A stretch of 64,000 nt of DNA. Source: Myxococcota bacterium (lineage in GTDB: Bacteria > Myxococcota_A > Bradymonadia > UBA7976 > UBA1532). The translations under genes and the position numbers were made by a program. The stretch is taken from NCBI GenBank assembly GCA_036337435.1, contig JAYZEG010000013.1:1-64000 (forward strand), in the 5' to 3' direction. Positions 31,370 to 43,594 of this stretch are shown piece after piece. The notes below the pieces were generated by a model. That model saw nothing but the letters and a program-made list of their open reading frames with translations, was not told the DNA's origin and did not search any database. The stretch's first letter is position 1, and each line of letters begins with the position of its first letter.

Positions 31370-34300
31370 CTGCTTTTAGGCGTGTAGTTTAAAGACGGGG
31401 CAAGCCAGCGTTCAACTTCGGCAACGGGCCAGCCCTTTCTCGCCGCATAGTCTCTCACTTGGTCCTCGTCGATACGCCCGAGCCCAAAATAGCGGGCCTC
31501 ATCTCGGGCGAAATAAAGCCCAGAAACGGCGGCCGCAGGCCACATCGCGCAGCTCTCAGTGAGCTCGAGTCCAATCCGACCTTTGACGTCGAGCAGCTCA
31601 AATATGGTGCGTTTTTCCGTGTGATCTGGGCATGCAGGATAGCCGGGTGCTGGGCGTATGCCTGTGTAGGCCTCTGCGATCAAGGCTTCGTTGTCGAATT
31701 GTTCATTGGCCGCATAGCCCCAGAATTCTGTTCGCACGCGCTCATGCAGGCGCTCAGCAAATGCTTCAGCGAGCCTGTCCGCGACGGCTTTTAACATGAT
31801 GGCGCGATAATCATCGAGCGCGGCTTCAGCCTCTTTGACCAACGGCTCGAGTCCCAACCCGGCAGTGACCGCAAACGCGCCGATCCAATCGGTATCATCA
31901 TGACCAATGAAATCGGCCAAGGCCAAGTTCGGTTGAGCCGAGGGTCGCTTAATTTGCTGCCTCAATGTGTACAATGTCGTTGCAATTTCATCGCGATTCT
32001 CATCGGTGTACACGATGATGTCATCGCCCTGTCTTCTGGCCGGGAAGAAGCCGTAAACGGCTTTCGCTTTCACTAAGCCGCTCTCAATGAACTCATCGAT
32101 AATTGAATTGGCATCATCCACCAACCGCTTTGCTTCTTGGCCGGCGGCACCTTGCTCCAGAACGGCGGGCCATTTGCCAGGCAATTCCCACGTTCGAAGA
32201 AACGGGGTCCAGTCAATTCGTTCCCTCAGATCATCGAGGTCGTAGTCTGATAGGACATGAACGCCGCTCTGATTCGGGGTCGGTGGTGGAGTCGATTGCA
32301 ACTCGAGGCAATTTCGTCTCACTTTTTCAATGCTGACGAGACGGTTGTTGCTTCGCTTAAGGTACTTATCCCGTACATCAGCATACCGGTCTTTGATGCC
32401 GTCGCAGTACGCTTTTTGGCGTTCTTTACTGAGAAGCTGACCGACCACATCGACCGCACGAGATGCATCTTTTACGTGGACCGATAAAGCCGAATATTCC
32501 GGCTCAATTTTTAATGCCGTATGGGTCTCAGACGTCGTCGCACCGCCGATCATCAAAGGAATATCGAAACCTTGGCGTTCTAATTCTTTAGCAACATGCA
32601 CCATTTCATCGAGCGATGGCGTGATCAGTCCACTGAGGCCAATGACGTCGACATTGTGTTCGCGGGCCGCCTTGAGAATGTCTTGTGGCGGCACCATGAC
32701 TCCAATGTCGATGATTTCATAATGATTACACTGCAAGACAATACCGACGATGTTCTTGCCGATATCATGGACGTCACCTTTGACCGTTGCCATCAAGATT
32801 TTAGATTGGGCTTGCCCTGTTCCGGACGCTTTTTCGTCATCCATGTACGGTTTAAGCCAGGCGACCGCTTTCTTCATGACCCGGGCTGATTTGACCACTT
32901 GAGGCAAGAACATTTGGCCCGCTCCAAAAAGGTCGCCGACGACGTTCATGCCGGCCATTAAGGGACCCTCAATGACGTCCAACGGCCGGTCGTATTTCTG
33001 TCGAGCTTCCTCTGTGTCGTCATCGATGTGACGGGCATCCCCACGGACAAGCGCGTGTTGTATCCGCTCTTCGACAGTCCCATTTCGCCAGTCTTCAGTC
33101 GTCAGTTCTTCATTTTTCTGGCCGCGTGATTGCTCAGCCAATTCGATGAGGCGGTCAGTGGCATCCCCATGTCGATTGAAAAGGACGTCTTCTATGGCGT
33201 TACGCAGGTCGTCTGGAATATCGGAATAGACGGTTAATTGGCCGGCATTGACAATCCCCATGTCCATGCCCGCTTTGATGGCGTGGTATAAAAAAACGGA
33301 GTGAATGGCTTCTCTTACGGTGTCATTGCCGCGGAACGAGAAGGAAATATTACTGACACCACCACTGACCGATGCGTAGGGTAAATTTTCTTTAATCCAG
33401 CGAGTGGCCTCAATGAAATCGACACCATAGGTTGCATGCTCTTCAATCCCCGTGGCGACAGCGAATACATTGGGGTCGAATATGATATCCTCTGGTGGGA
33501 AGCCAACCTGGTCGACCAAAATTCGATACGCACGCTCGCAGATTTCTATTCGTCGTTGGTACGTATCGGCTTGTCCAGTTTCATCGAATGCCATCACGAC
33601 GACAGCAGCACCGAATCTGCGGCATAATTCAGCCTGCTCAACGAATGGCTCAACACCTTCCTTGAGACTGATGGAATTCACGATGCCCTTGCCCTGGATG
33701 CACTTCAGGCCCGCCTCTAGAACGGACCATTTTGATGAGTCGATCATGATGGGAACGCGACTGATGTCAGGTTCTGCAGCCACCAATCGTAAGAAGCGTA
33801 CCATAGCCGCCTCCGAATCGATGAGTCCCTCATCCATGTTCACGTCGATAATCTGGGCTCCATTTTCGACCTGGCTTCGGGCGACATCGAGTGCAGTTTC
33901 AAAATCGTCCGATTTAATCAGGCGTCGAAATCGTGCAGATCCTGTCACGTTGGTTCGCTCACCAATATTGATGAAGAGTCTGGTCTCATCGATGGACAGT
34001 GGCTCGAGCCCACTGAGACGCGAAATGATGGGCGGTTTTGAAATCGGTCGTGGAGAGATCGACGAGAGTGCCTGACCAATGGCTTTGATGTGCTCGGGCG
34101 TTGTTCCGCAGCATCCACCAATGATGTTTATGAACCCGCTTTGTCCGAATTCGGACACCAGCTCAGCCATGTATTCAGGGCTTTGGTCATACGCCCCGAG
34201 TTCATTGGGTAGGCCCGCGTTCGGATGAGCACTGACATAGGTATCTGCGATGGTCGATAACGTCTGTATATAGGGTCGCAATTGCTCGGCACCAAGGGCG

Positions 34301-35028
34301 CAGTTCAACCCGACGGATATAGGCCGCGAATGTCTCACCGAGTTCCAGAAGGCTTCAGTCGTCTGGCCGGACAGAGTTCGTCCGCTGGCGTCGGTGATGG
34401 TGGCTGAAATCATGATGGGCAAGCGGTACCCAAGTTGTGCAAATAGTTCCTCAATGGCGTATAAGGCCGCTTTCGCGTTCAGGGTATCGAATATGGTCTC
34501 AACCAGCAGTAAATCGGCCCCGCCATCCACCAAACCTTGGGCGGCATTGAGGTAGTCGGACACCAAATCTTCAAAGGTCACATCTCGGAAATCGGGTTCA
34601 TCGACTCGTGGGGAAATAGAAGCGGTCTTATTCGTCGGGCCCAGCACGCCTGCGACGAAGCGGGGTTTATCGGGCGTAGAGAATCGATCCGTCGCCCGCC
34701 TTGCGATGCTCGCCGCAGCCACGTTGAGCTCGTAAACTGTATCCTCCAAGCTATAGTCCGCCATTGAAATCGAGTTGGCATTGAAACTATTGGTCTCAAC
34801 AATGTCTGCACCGGCTTCGAGGTAGGCTGAATGAATGTCTTCGATGATTTGCGGTTGTGTCAGGACAAGGAGGTCGTTATTCCCCAGCAAGGGCGCATGA
34901 TGGTCCTTGAATCGTTCACCTCGGAAGTCAGATTCTGCGAGCCCGTAGCCCTGAATCATCGTACCCATCCCACCATCGAGGATGAGGATTCGATTTTCGA
35001 GTGCCTTTTCGATTGCCTCGGTTGACAT
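31366..35028 (-). CDS. metH: Cobalamin-dependent methionine synthase
   Basis: [26 protein letters not shown]12 motif [29 protein letters not shown]. Confidence 0.97.
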   Translation of the reverse strand: MSTEAIEKALENRILILDGGMGTMIQGYGLAESDFRGERFKDHHAPLLGNNDLLVLTQPQIIEDIHSAYLEAGADIVETNSFNANSISMADYSLEDTVYELNVAAASIARRATDRFSTPDKPRFVAGVLGPTNKTASISPRVDEPDFRDVTFEDLVSDYLNAAQGLVDGGADLLLVETIFDTLNAKAALYAIEELFAQLGYRLPIMISATITDASGRTLSGQTTEAFWNSVRHSRPISVGLNCALGAEQLRPYIQTLSTIADTYVSAHPNAGLPNELGAYDQSPEYMAELVSEFGQSGFINIIGGCCGTTPEHIKAIGQALSSISPRPISKPPIISRLSGLEPLSIDETRLFINIGERTNVTGSARFRRLIKSDDFETALDVARSQVENGAQIIDVNMDEGLIDSEAAMVRFLRLVAAEPDISRVPIMIDSSKWSVLEAGLKCIQGKGIVNSISLKEGVEPFVEQAELCRRFGAAVVVMAFDETGQADTYQRRIEICERAYRILVDQVGFPPEDIIFDPNVFAVATGIEEHATYGVDFIEATRWIKENLPYASVSGGVSNISFSFRGNDTVREAIHSVFLYHAIKAGMDMGIVNAGQLTVYSDIPDDLRNAIEDVLFNRHGDATDRLIELAEQSRGQKNEELTTEDWRNGTVEERIQHALVRGDARHIDDDTEEARQKYDRPLDVIEGPLMAGMNVVGDLFGAGQMFLPQVVKSARVMKKAVAWLKPYMDDEKASGTGQAQSKILMATVKGDVHDIGKNIVGIVLQCNHYEIIDIGVMVPPQDILKAAREHNVDVIGLSGLITPSLDEMVHVAKELERQGFDIPLMIGGATTSETHTALKIEPEYSALSVHVKDASRAVDVVGQLLSKERQKAYCDGIKDRYADVRDKYLKRSNNRLVSIEKVRRNCLELQSTPPPTPNQSGVHVLSDYDLDDLRERIDWTPFLRTWELPGKWPAVLEQGAAGQEAKRLVDDANSIIDEFIESGLVKAKAVYGFFPARRQGDDIIVYTDENRDEIATTLYTLRQQIKRPSAQPNLALADFIGHDDTDWIGAFAVTAGLGLEPLVKEAEAALDDYRAIMLKAVADRLAEAFAERLHERVRTEFWGYAANEQFDNEALIAEAYTGIRPAPGYPACPDHTEKRTIFELLDVKGRIGLELTESCAMWPAAAVSGLYFARDEARYFGLGRIDEDQVRDYAARKGWPVAEVERWLAPSLNYTPKSS

Positions 35029-35162
35029 AGCAGACCTCCGACATCCACTTTGCAGGCGGGAACTTATGGCGGATAAGTGTTCACAAATCAATTTAATTTG
35101 AACATGCTGCCTTCGTCACGACGAATTTGCAGCAGCGTTCGCGCGCAGTGGATACGCGACGA

Positions 35163-36698
35163 TCAGCCTTTCAAAGCATGAACGAGCTTCTCAACACTGT
35201 CTTTCGCATCGCCTAAGAGCATACGAGACTCGTCGTAGAAGAACAGAGGGTTCTGAATTCCTGCATATCCACTGCCCATACTGCGTTTGAAAATGACCGT
35301 CCGCTTCGCATTCCAGACTTCACAGACGGGCATACCGTAGATATCGCATTCAGGGTCATCCATTGCAGACGGGTTGACGATGTCGTTAGCGCCGATAACC
35401 AAGACGACATCAGTGCGGTCAAAGTCATCATTGATGTCTTCCATTTCTAAAACGATGTCGTAGGGAACATTCGCTTCAGCGAGAAGGACATTCATGTGTC
35501 CGGGTAGTCGTCCTGCAACCGGATGAATGGCGAATCGAACGCGAATGTTGCGCTCCTTAAGCTGCTTGGTCAGTTCATGGACTGCATGCTGAGCTCGGGC
35601 TACGGCCATTCCGTATCCGGGAACGATAACGACCTCTCGCGCGTCGCTGATTTCTGCAGCCAAGGTGTCAACATCTGTTTCCTGGTGTGGTCCTTGATCG
35701 ACTGCGACAGCCGCTGAAGACGATCCACCGGTTGTTCCAAAGCCACCAAAGATTACATTCCAGATGGAGCGATTCATGGCCTTACACATGATGTAGCTTA
35801 AAATTGCACCACTGGAGCCGACGAGCGCACCCGTAATGATCAGAAGGTCATTGCCGAGCATGAAGCCTGCGGCCGATGCCGTCCAACCGGAGTAACTATT
35901 CAGCATTGAGACGACGACAGGCATGTCTGCACCGCCGATAGCCGCAACCAGGTGAACACCTAAAACCGATGCAATGCCGGTGAGAATACAGAGATACACA
36001 AACGCGTCAGACCCAAGGATTTGCTCGATTGTGGGCACCGTTATGACACCTGCAGATGACGTCGTATATAGTCCGGTTGTGCCGACGACAAACATGTAGC
36101 CGAGCACGAACGAGCCAACCACCATACCGAGATTCAGCATGTGCCGGGCTGGCAGCAACAAAGGCTTACCCGACAAGCTGCCCTTGAGTTTCAAGAATGC
36201 GATGATTGAACCGGTGAAGGTGATGGCACCGATGAAAATATCGATGAAGACTTCCCACAGGAAGACGTCGCCATGGTGCCGACCACTTTGGTCAAAATAA
36301 GTTGCAAAACCGACCAAGACTGCGGCTAGACCGACAAAACTATGGAGCAGCGCAACCAACTCAGGCATGGCCGTCATGGCCACACGCCCAGCCATCATCC
36401 AACCGATTGCAACGGCGATAACCAGGGCCGGTGCGAGATAGGCCATGTATCCCATGTCGATTCGGTCGGTGGTTGCCAGGCAGAGTGTGGCACCGATGGC
36501 GATGCTCATGCCGACAATGCCGTAGGTGTTCCCAGCACCAGCTGTTTCCTGACTGGATAGGCCACGCAGACTGAGAATGAACAGAATGCCCGACACCAGA
36601 TAGGCAACCGTCATTAACGAATCTTGCAAGGCGACAGAGGCCGAAGCCGGTCCGGTTGCCATTCCCGCTAAAAGCATCGTGTCAAATAGGTGATTCAT
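35163..36698 (-). CDS. pntB: NAD(P) transhydrogenase subunit beta
   Basis: [52 protein letters not shown]. Confidence 0.97.
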   Translation of the reverse strand: MNHLFDTMLLAGMATGPASASVALQDSLMTVAYLVSGILFILSLRGLSSQETAGAGNTYGIVGMSIAIGATLCLATTDRIDMGYMAYLAPALVIAVAIGWMMAGRVAMTAMPELVALLHSFVGLAAVLVGFATYFDQSGRHHGDVFLWEVFIDIFIGAITFTGSIIAFLKLKGSLSGKPLLLPARHMLNLGMVVGSFVLGYMFVVGTTGLYTTSSAGVITVPTIEQILGSDAFVYLCILTGIASVLGVHLVAAIGGADMPVVVSMLNSYSGWTASAAGFMLGNDLLIITGALVGSSGAILSYIMCKAMNRSIWNVIFGGFGTTGGSSSAAVAVDQGPHQETDVDTLAAEISDAREVVIVPGYGMAVARAQHAVHELTKQLKERNIRVRFAIHPVAGRLPGHMNVLLAEANVPYDIVLEMEDINDDFDRTDVVLVIGANDIVNPSAMDDPECDIYGMPVCEVWNAKRTVIFKRSMGSGYAGIQNPLFFYDESRMLLGDAKDSVEKLVHALKG

Positions 36699-36710
36699 CT
36701 TTGCGCCCCC

Positions 36711-38342
36711 CTATTTCCGAAACATTCGAAGCATGCGCTTCGTGACAAGGAAACCACCGGCGATATTGATGGTTGCAAAGAAGGCCGCGATGATGCCCAA
36801 CAGGACCGCCACAAACCCAGCCTGCTGATTCACTTGGAGCAGGCCACCCACGATGATGATCCCGCTGATTGCATTGGTCACGCTCATCAATGGGGTATGA
36901 AGCGCCGCAGTGACGCTCCAAATCACCTGCCAACCAACGAAAACAGCTAAGGCAAACACAGTGAGGTGTTGGAGGAACTTTGTGGGCGCCTCAAACCCTG
37001 GTGCGGGCTCGTATGCGAAATTCAACCAAGCCCAGACGCCGATCAGAATGAAACCAATGATGGACGTAATGGGCGAAAATGCGGCTTGTTTTGTTCCGTC
37101 ACCGGCTCCATGGCCACCGTGACCATGCCCCTTACTCTTTGCAGGCGCAGGGGTCTTTTCCGTTTCTGTTTTTGGTGCAGATTCTTTTGCCTTCGGCTCC
37201 TCTGCTATTGGCGTAGGCTCCGGCTTGGGCGGTGGTGGAAGCTCAACACCGTCTTGCAGAAGGATTGCGCCGCGGACCACCTCATCCTCGAGGTCGATTG
37301 TATAAGGCGCCTGGCCTTTGGCTGTCATATCGCTGAGGAGGTGACAGAGGTTGGTTCCATAGAGCTGGCTACTGATGGTGCTCATCCGACTTGGGAGATC
37401 CTCATACCCAACAATTTTAACGCCGTTTGTATGTGTGTAGACTTGGCCCGGTTTTGTGAGTTCACAGTTGCCGCCCTTGGGTGCTGCGATGTCGACGACA
37501 ACGGAGCCAGGCTTCATCGCTTCGACAGCTCGGCTCTCCCAGAGAATGGGTGCATCGCGTCCGGGAATCAGTGCCGTTGTAATGACGATGTCCACGTCTT
37601 TGGCCTGTTCAGCGAAAAGATCCATCTGCGCCTTGTGATATTCAGCACTCATGGTCTTTGCATAGCCGCCACCGCCATCACCAGACTCGTCGATAGTGAC
37701 TTCGAGAAACTGGCCTCCGAGACTCTCGACCTGGTCCTTTACGGCCGCGCGAACATCGAATGCTCTCACGACGGCACCGAGGCCCCGCGCTGCCCCTAAG
37801 GCAGCCAAGCCAGCGACGCCGGCACCGACGATAAGAACTGTGGCTGGTGCCACTCGTCCCGCTGCAGTGATTTGTCCTGTGAAGAAACTGCCAAATTCGT
37901 TTGCTGCTTCGACGACAGCGCGATAACCGCGAATATTGTCCATGGAACTTCGAGCGTCCATTTTTTGAGCTCGGGTAATTCGCGGTACATTTTCCATGGC
38001 GATGCAGGTAACACCGCGGCCCTTCAATGTGTCGAGAAGCCCTTCGTTTTCACCAGGCCAGATGAAGCTGATGAGGTGAGCACCCTGTTTGATGGATGCA
38101 GCCTCATCGTTAGAGGGTGGCTCCACTTTCAAGACCAGATCACTCTCGCCCCAAATCTCAGACGCTGGAGCAATGGTTGCTCCCGCCTCCTGGTAGGCGG
38201 CATCAAAGAAGTTTGCTTCAAGACCTGCGCCGCTTTCGATCTGAACAGTAAAACCCAGTTCGATCAGTTTTTTAACAGTATCCGGTGTTGCAGCGACGCG
38301 TCGTTCGCCTGGCCGAATCTCCTTGGGAATTCCGACTCGCAT
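36711..38342 (-). CDS. pntA: NAD(P) transhydrogenase subunit alpha (unsplit)
   Basis: [39 protein letters not shown]. Confidence 0.97.
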   Translation of the reverse strand: MRVGIPKEIRPGERRVAATPDTVKKLIELGFTVQIESGAGLEANFFDAAYQEAGATIAPASEIWGESDLVLKVEPPSNDEAASIKQGAHLISFIWPGENEGLLDTLKGRGVTCIAMENVPRITRAQKMDARSSMDNIRGYRAVVEAANEFGSFFTGQITAAGRVAPATVLIVGAGVAGLAALGAARGLGAVVRAFDVRAAVKDQVESLGGQFLEVTIDESGDGGGGYAKTMSAEYHKAQMDLFAEQAKDVDIVITTALIPGRDAPILWESRAVEAMKPGSVVVDIAAPKGGNCELTKPGQVYTHTNGVKIVGYEDLPSRMSTISSQLYGTNLCHLLSDMTAKGQAPYTIDLEDEVVRGAILLQDGVELPPPPKPEPTPIAEEPKAKESAPKTETEKTPAPAKSKGHGHGGHGAGDGTKQAAFSPITSIIGFILIGVWAWLNFAYEPAPGFEAPTKFLQHLTVFALAVFVGWQVIWSVTAALHTPLMSVTNAISGIIIVGGLLQVNQQAGFVAVLLGIIAAFFATINIAGGFLVTKRMLRMFRK

Positions 38343-38564
38343 GAGTCCCTCACGTATGTCGATTATTTGCGCTATCTACTACCACGTTCAGGGAAATTTA
38401 GGGAGAAAATCCGCTCGTTAATCCCCGTTTTGGCTTGAAAGTGTGGGTTTGTTTCGCTTGATTTACCCATGGGGCAATCATTTAGGGTATGCGTCGTTCA
38501 ACGCGTTCTTATTTTATGCTCATCTTCTTACAACAGCCCGTAGTGGGAGGGAGACGCAAAATTT

Positions 38565-39536
38565 ATGGAGTGGTTATCCCTCGCAGAGCTAAGCGAACGG
38601 AGCGGTGAATTCGACCGAATGGTGGGCCAAACGCCTGCGATCGATCGGTTTTGTTCCACTCTGGCTTGGACGATACCCGCTTCGAAAGCCATGATGGTCA
38701 AACCTCAGCCATTGATCACTCAAAGTGAACACGGGTTTGTATCCATGATGCGCGTGCCAGTGGCCAACGGCATCCGTTTAGCCGCCCCACTTGAGATCGG
38801 TTGGGGTCTCGCTGCCCCATTTGCGGGTGGAAACCCCAATGCCTTGGTTCGGCAGTTGGGTGCGATGTGGGCAGAAAGAACGAAAGAAATCGACGGGCTT
38901 TTGGTGTCAGGCATCCCCGCCACGGGCGTTTGGATCCGGCCACTCATGAAGCGGTTTGTCGATACCGAAAGAATCGGTTTGGGAGAGACCTGTGTGCGGC
39001 GAATGGCCTCGTTGGCCGGCGGATTGGATGGTTTCATGTCACGTCGGTCATCAAAGTTTAGAGCCAATCTTAGGCGAGCGGAGCGAGCAGGGCACAATGA
39101 GGGTCTTGTCTATGAATTCCATTCGCAAGACAGCGATGGTCGGTTATTTCAAAGGATTTTAGACATTGAACGTGACAGCTGGAAGGGCCGTGCTGGTGAA
39201 GGTTTTGATCAAGCACCCAGCGATGATTTCTATCGCCGGATGGCACTCAGACTTGAGCGCGATGGGCGTTTGCGGGTTGTCATGATTACCCTTGATGGCG
39301 ACGATTTGGCCTTCGTACTTGGTGGCGTATTCCAATCGGTTTATCGGGGGCTGCAGATGAGTTTTCGAGATGGCTTTAGGCATCTGAGCTTAGGGAATCT
39401 TGGCCAGTTAGAGATGATTCGTCGCCTGATTCCCGAGGGCATCGAAACCTATGACCTAGGGACAGAAATGCCCTACAAACTCAGCTGGGCTGAGACATCA
39501 TTTACGACGCAAATGTTTGTCATTATGCGTCACTAA
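38565..39536 (+). CDS. GNAT-family acetyltransferase-like protein (CelD/BcsL type)
   Basis: SSKFRANLRRAER, SWKG, LSLGNL, YDLG...YK..W; GGGAGG SD. Confidence 0.7.
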   Translation: MEWLSLAELSERSGEFDRMVGQTPAIDRFCSTLAWTIPASKAMMVKPQPLITQSEHGFVSMMRVPVANGIRLAAPLEIGWGLAAPFAGGNPNALVRQLGAMWAERTKEIDGLLVSGIPATGVWIRPLMKRFVDTERIGLGETCVRRMASLAGGLDGFMSRRSSKFRANLRRAERAGHNEGLVYEFHSQDSDGRLFQRILDIERDSWKGRAGEGFDQAPSDDFYRRMALRLERDGRLRVVMITLDGDDLAFVLGGVFQSVYRGLQMSFRDGFRHLSLGNLGQLEMIRRLIPEGIETYDLGTEMPYKLSWAETSFTTQMFVIMRH

Positions 39537-40780
39537 TTGCTCGATGAACGCCCCGATTTACTTTTGAAAGACCCCTTCTTGAAGACATCAAAACTGAGCA
39601 AGAGACATGGAATGGCTCCGTTTCTCACCTTGCGGGTTTTGCTTGGGGCCAGGCCCAGATTACGGTGGGGTGAATCTTCGCTTACGATCAGTGTTGCCCT
39701 AGACCCGCCGAACTCCGACTTAAGACCGTCCCCTAATTGGCGGTAGATGCGTTCCAGATGCTCGGTCTTGAGACGTTCGCCGTAGGGTGGATTGCTCACC
39801 ACATGCACCGCCGTCCCGAGGTTTTCAGTGGCCGGGTTTCGTAGGTCTGCAACGGCACAGGTCTGGGTTCCGATCAAGTCAGCCACCTGTGCACGTTCCG
39901 CATTACGCTGCATTTTCTCGAGAACAGAGCCATTGTTGTCAGCACCGAAGATACGGGGTGTCGCGTCGTGTTGGATCTGCCCTTCAAGGGTCGCAAGATA
40001 GGCTGCGAACTCGACAGCGTCGAATCCGAGCCAGTTCATAAAGCCGAAACCTTGGCCCCGAGCTCGATCTAAGCCTGGTGCGCGGCCACAGGCCATCATG
40101 GCCGCTTCGATGAGGAAGGTGCCAGAGCCACACATCGGGTCGATGAGCGTATCCCCGGGTTTCCAGCCGGCCAAGGCAAGAATCCCCGCCGCTAAAGTTT
40201 CCTTGATGGGGGCTTGCCCAATCTCCACCCGATACCCCCGCCTGTGAAGACGTTCACCACTTGAATCCAAACTGAGGACACAGTGGTTTCGATCGATTCG
40301 AGCGTTGATGCGTATATCCGGTGCAAGCCGATCGACGGATGGTCTGCGACCGGTTTTATCTCGAAAATGATCGCAAATCGCATCCTTGATGACTTGGGCG
40401 ATAAACCCAGTGTGGTCATGTTCACTCTTGTGGCTGCTGGCATCGATGGAAATGGTGGCATCCACTTTGAACCAGCGACTCCAGTCCACTTTTCGTGCGC
40501 CGCCGTACAAACGATCCCTGGTATCGGCAGGGTATTCAGCGACTGGCACCAAGACGCGATTGGCGATCCGGCTCTCTACATTAACCCGCTGTAAGCACTG
40601 CCTGTTCCCGAATATACCGACCCCTCGATGGCTCGGCAGAGCATTGGCTATCCCCATCGTTTCCAGTTCGCGAGCCAGGACGCCTTCAAGGCCGCCATCG
40701 CAGGTCACATAGATGGGCCTTGCTTTTCGGAATGGGTCCATCCACTTACGTTTTTGGGTCACTTGGGCTCCAATCGCCAT
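39533..40780 (-). CDS. rlmL: THUMP-domain rRNA m2G methyltransferase (RlmL-like, stand-alone)
   Basis: GLEGVLAREL, SRIANRVL, LHRRGYR, APIKETLAA, DPMCGSGTFLIEAA, NPPYGERL. Start may be 40741. Confidence 0.85.
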   Translation of the reverse strand: MAIGAQVTQKRKWMDPFRKARPIYVTCDGGLEGVLARELETMGIANALPSHRGVGIFGNRQCLQRVNVESRIANRVLVPVAEYPADTRDRLYGGARKVDWSRWFKVDATISIDASSHKSEHDHTGFIAQVIKDAICDHFRDKTGRRPSVDRLAPDIRINARIDRNHCVLSLDSSGERLHRRGYRVEIGQAPIKETLAAGILALAGWKPGDTLIDPMCGSGTFLIEAAMMACGRAPGLDRARGQGFGFMNWLGFDAVEFAAYLATLEGQIQHDATPRIFGADNNGSVLEKMQRNAERAQVADLIGTQTCAVADLRNPATENLGTAVHVVSNPPYGERLKTEHLERIYRQLGDGLKSEFGGSRATLIVSEDSPHRNLGLAPSKTRKVRNGAIPCLLLSFDVFKKGSFKSKSGRSSSN

Positions 40781-41709
40781 GATCGATGTGATCGTTTCTT
40801 AAAATCTTCAGGGACTGTCCGGTGCGTCGTCTCCGTAATCTCAGCGAATTGACCGATGGACGGTTCGAGTTTGAACCGCTGTGAATTTGTTGAAAAGAAT
40901 AGCACACCGTCGGGATTCAGGAGAGACATTGAGTTTTTGATCAGCGTCGCATGGTCTCGGTTTAAGTCCAGTACAGACTTGCTGCGCTTGCTGTTTGAGA
41001 ACGTTGGCGGGTCGAGAATGATCACATCATACCGCCGCTTTTGATGAGCGGCGTCCAGAAGCCATGCACCGACGTCGGCCTGGACAATTTCATGCGCTGC
41101 GTCGTTCATTTCGTTGATGGCCAAATTATCTCGAAACCACCTCAAATAGGTGTTCGATAGATCAACTGTGGTCGTCGAATGCGCACCGCCAGCGGCCGCA
41201 TAGACCGTGAACGATCCTGTGTAGGCAAAAAGATTTAAAACCCGGCATCCGTCGGACAAATCACGAATGTCTCTACGGGCCAGCCTATGGTCGAGGAACA
41301 GGCCCGTATCCAGATAATCACTCAAGTTGACGATAAACTTAAGTCCACCTTCTCTGACAACGAGTCGGTGACCCTGTTTGTCGACCACATTGTATTGTGA
41401 CTTACCCCTTTGCCGGCGTCTGGTTTTGAGAAAGACCCGGTCAGACTCAATATTCAGGGTTTCGGCGACGGCATCGGTATATGTTCTGATGAGGCCGTCT
41501 GGATCGTCCTCGTTTTGGTAACGGCTGTACTCCGCAATATGGAGATGGTCTTCATACAGGTCGATGGCCAATGGACATTCTGGAATATCGCGATCATAAA
41601 TTCGGTAACACGTCACCTGATTCCGCTTCGCCCACTTTCGGAGGTGTTTCACGTTCTTTCGGACTCGATTAGCCAACATGGTGGCTCTCTCAGACGGAGG
41701 CAAACTCAT
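40759..41709 (-). CDS. rlmK: rRNA m7G methyltransferase (RlmK-like, stand-alone)
   Basis: ANRVRKN, CYRIYDRDIPE, VNLSDYLDTGLFLDHR, LNLFAYTGSF, DPPTFSNSK match the C-terminal half of RlmKL. Confidence 0.85.
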   Translation of the reverse strand: MSLPPSERATMLANRVRKNVKHLRKWAKRNQVTCYRIYDRDIPECPLAIDLYEDHLHIAEYSRYQNEDDPDGLIRTYTDAVAETLNIESDRVFLKTRRRQRGKSQYNVVDKQGHRLVVREGGLKFIVNLSDYLDTGLFLDHRLARRDIRDLSDGCRVLNLFAYTGSFTVYAAAGGAHSTTTVDLSNTYLRWFRDNLAINEMNDAAHEIVQADVGAWLLDAAHQKRRYDVIILDPPTFSNSKRSKSVLDLNRDHATLIKNSMSLLNPDGVLFFSTNSQRFKLEPSIGQFAEITETTHRTVPEDFKKRSHRSWRLEPK

Positions 41710-41739
41710 GATATCTTCGCCTGTCCCCCGCGCTTCACA

Positions 41740-43539
41740 TCAAACACCGAGTCGCTCTTGTGCGAGGGCCATGCGCATCTCGCGAAGTTTCTCGTGAAGC
41801 GTTTCGACCTCGATCGCTCGGTACTGCTCAGGCAGAAGTTTTCGATTGCTTGCCTCGTAGATCGCAAGCAACTTCATATATTCGATCATCGATGTCTCTC
41901 TGGTCGGCATAAAGTTCTCGGCAGCAGAGCTGAGATGTTTGAGGGTTAACTTTCGTCGGCTCTCAGACTTGCTGGCATGTTGCTGTTCATCGAATGCCAT
42001 CAAAACAATGGCCTCCAAATCTGCAGCAGCATAGCCATCTAATGGCGTTAAAATCTCGAGAATCCGTTTATGATTGGCCGGCAGCTCAATGTCATATCGC
42101 TTTGCGACCGCGTCCAGAAGTTGGCCCCTCTCCTCTGCCGTCTGAGGTGGGAAGAATGGGATTTTTAAGTCGAAACGCCCAGGTCGTTTCATGTCGGTGT
42201 CCAATTTGTCGGGCCGATTTGTCATCATGAAAAATACGATTTGCCCCCGGTGGCTTGTGTCCGACATAAATTCCTTTAGCCGAGCCATGACCCGACTGTT
42301 TACGCCACCATCACTGTCACCCCCGCCAAGAGACCGATCCCCTTCGTCGATGATGACGATGATCTCCCCTATGGCCTCAATGACATTCAATACGGTCTCT
42401 AAGTTGGCCTCAGTACTGCCGACCCACTTGTCACGAAAGTTTTTAAGTTGAACAGCAGCCAGCCCACTTTCCTTGGCAAAGGCCTTGGTGATAAATGTTT
42501 TACCCGTCCCCATTGGGCCTACGCACAGGACACCCATGGGGACCTGAGTACGGCGGCCCGCTTTGATGTGACTGGCAACGCGATTCAGTGCCGCTTTGAT
42601 CCCCTCATTTCCCCCCACGCTCTCGAAGCCATATTTTGGCTCTAGCACCTCGATGAGACCGAAGCATTCTTGCTCCAGAATTTCTTTTTTGCGCGCTCTG
42701 ATATCGGCCAATGTCATGGACACGTGGTCGCTTTGCTGGTCGCCCGTGTCCTGTTGGCGCCCCAGAACGTCTTGGATCTGTCTGAGTTGGAGACCTGCCG
42801 TGACCCGCGAGTACGTGTCTAATTGGTCGGTCGCCAACACGGGGCTAATATGCGTCAGGAAAGCGCGTCGACTCCCTAAGTTGGGATGAGGAATATGCAG
42901 AGATGCGACCCTCGGATTGCGCGACAGGCGCTTGGCCAAGTCCGGCAGTGCACTGGTCAACAAAACGACGATGTTGTCCTTGCTTATGATTTGCTCTGAA
43001 TGGCTCCAGCGATGCAGGCGAGCTGCCGCTGTCCTGTCGGGAAAACTCAGACCGGAAATTGGCCCATCGGGTGCAATCAATTCGGCATAATGGATGATTA
43101 CAGCAACTGAATCGCTCTCAGCGGTTAGCAGCACTTCAAGGGCTTCTAGGACGATCTCTGGGGACCGCTCCAAGCCGATTTCTCTGCGTAACCGCTTCTG
43201 TATGCTTGCGGCCGATGTTCTCTCGAAGCCGGCAGGGGCAATGGATTTAGCATCGATAAAATTGGCATCAACCCAGATTTGAGCAGCGCGAAGGGCACCA
43301 TCTGCGGAGTCGAACCAAACGCCATGACCCGGATCGTAATGGACAACAAGCTTACCACTGGGCGTGAAAAACGTGCTGAGAAAGTGGCTCATCGACCAGC
43401 TTTGACCATCGCAATAGACCAAGTCGTGAACATTGCCATGAACGATAAACTGACCGGTTTCTGTCGTCAGATATCGTGCCTTTAGGGTCTTGATCCATGA
43501 CGGAAGGTCTTTTGCTCTCGGTAAGTCAGATTTTGGCAT
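41740..43539 (-). CDS. Classical-clade AAA+ ATPase with a probable degenerate N-terminal P-loop-like domain
   Basis: Walker A GPMGTGKT, pore loop DKWVGSTE, Walker [26 protein letters not shown]. Confidence 0.9.
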   Translation of the reverse strand: MPKSDLPRAKDLPSWIKTLKARYLTTETGQFIVHGNVHDLVYCDGQSWSMSHFLSTFFTPSGKLVVHYDPGHGVWFDSADGALRAAQIWVDANFIDAKSIAPAGFERTSAASIQKRLRREIGLERSPEIVLEALEVLLTAESDSVAVIIHYAELIAPDGPISGLSFPDRTAAARLHRWSHSEQIISKDNIVVLLTSALPDLAKRLSRNPRVASLHIPHPNLGSRRAFLTHISPVLATDQLDTYSRVTAGLQLRQIQDVLGRQQDTGDQQSDHVSMTLADIRARKKEILEQECFGLIEVLEPKYGFESVGGNEGIKAALNRVASHIKAGRRTQVPMGVLCVGPMGTGKTFITKAFAKESGLAAVQLKNFRDKWVGSTEANLETVLNVIEAIGEIIVIIDEGDRSLGGGDSDGGVNSRVMARLKEFMSDTSHRGQIVFFMMTNRPDKLDTDMKRPGRFDLKIPFFPPQTAEERGQLLDAVAKRYDIELPANHKRILEILTPLDGYAAADLEAIVLMAFDEQQHASKSESRRKLTLKHLSSAAENFMPTRETSMIEYMKLLAIYEASNRKLLPEQYRAIEVETLHEKLREMRMALAQERLGV

Positions 43540-43594
43540 GGAGACATCTCTTCACGATTGCGAAATGAATTGATCTAGGCCGCTTTCGCCATGG

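Noticed and set aside
36966..37799. 277-aa antisense ORF within pntA
   Set aside because: Shadow ORF of a conserved gene with no protein-like features.
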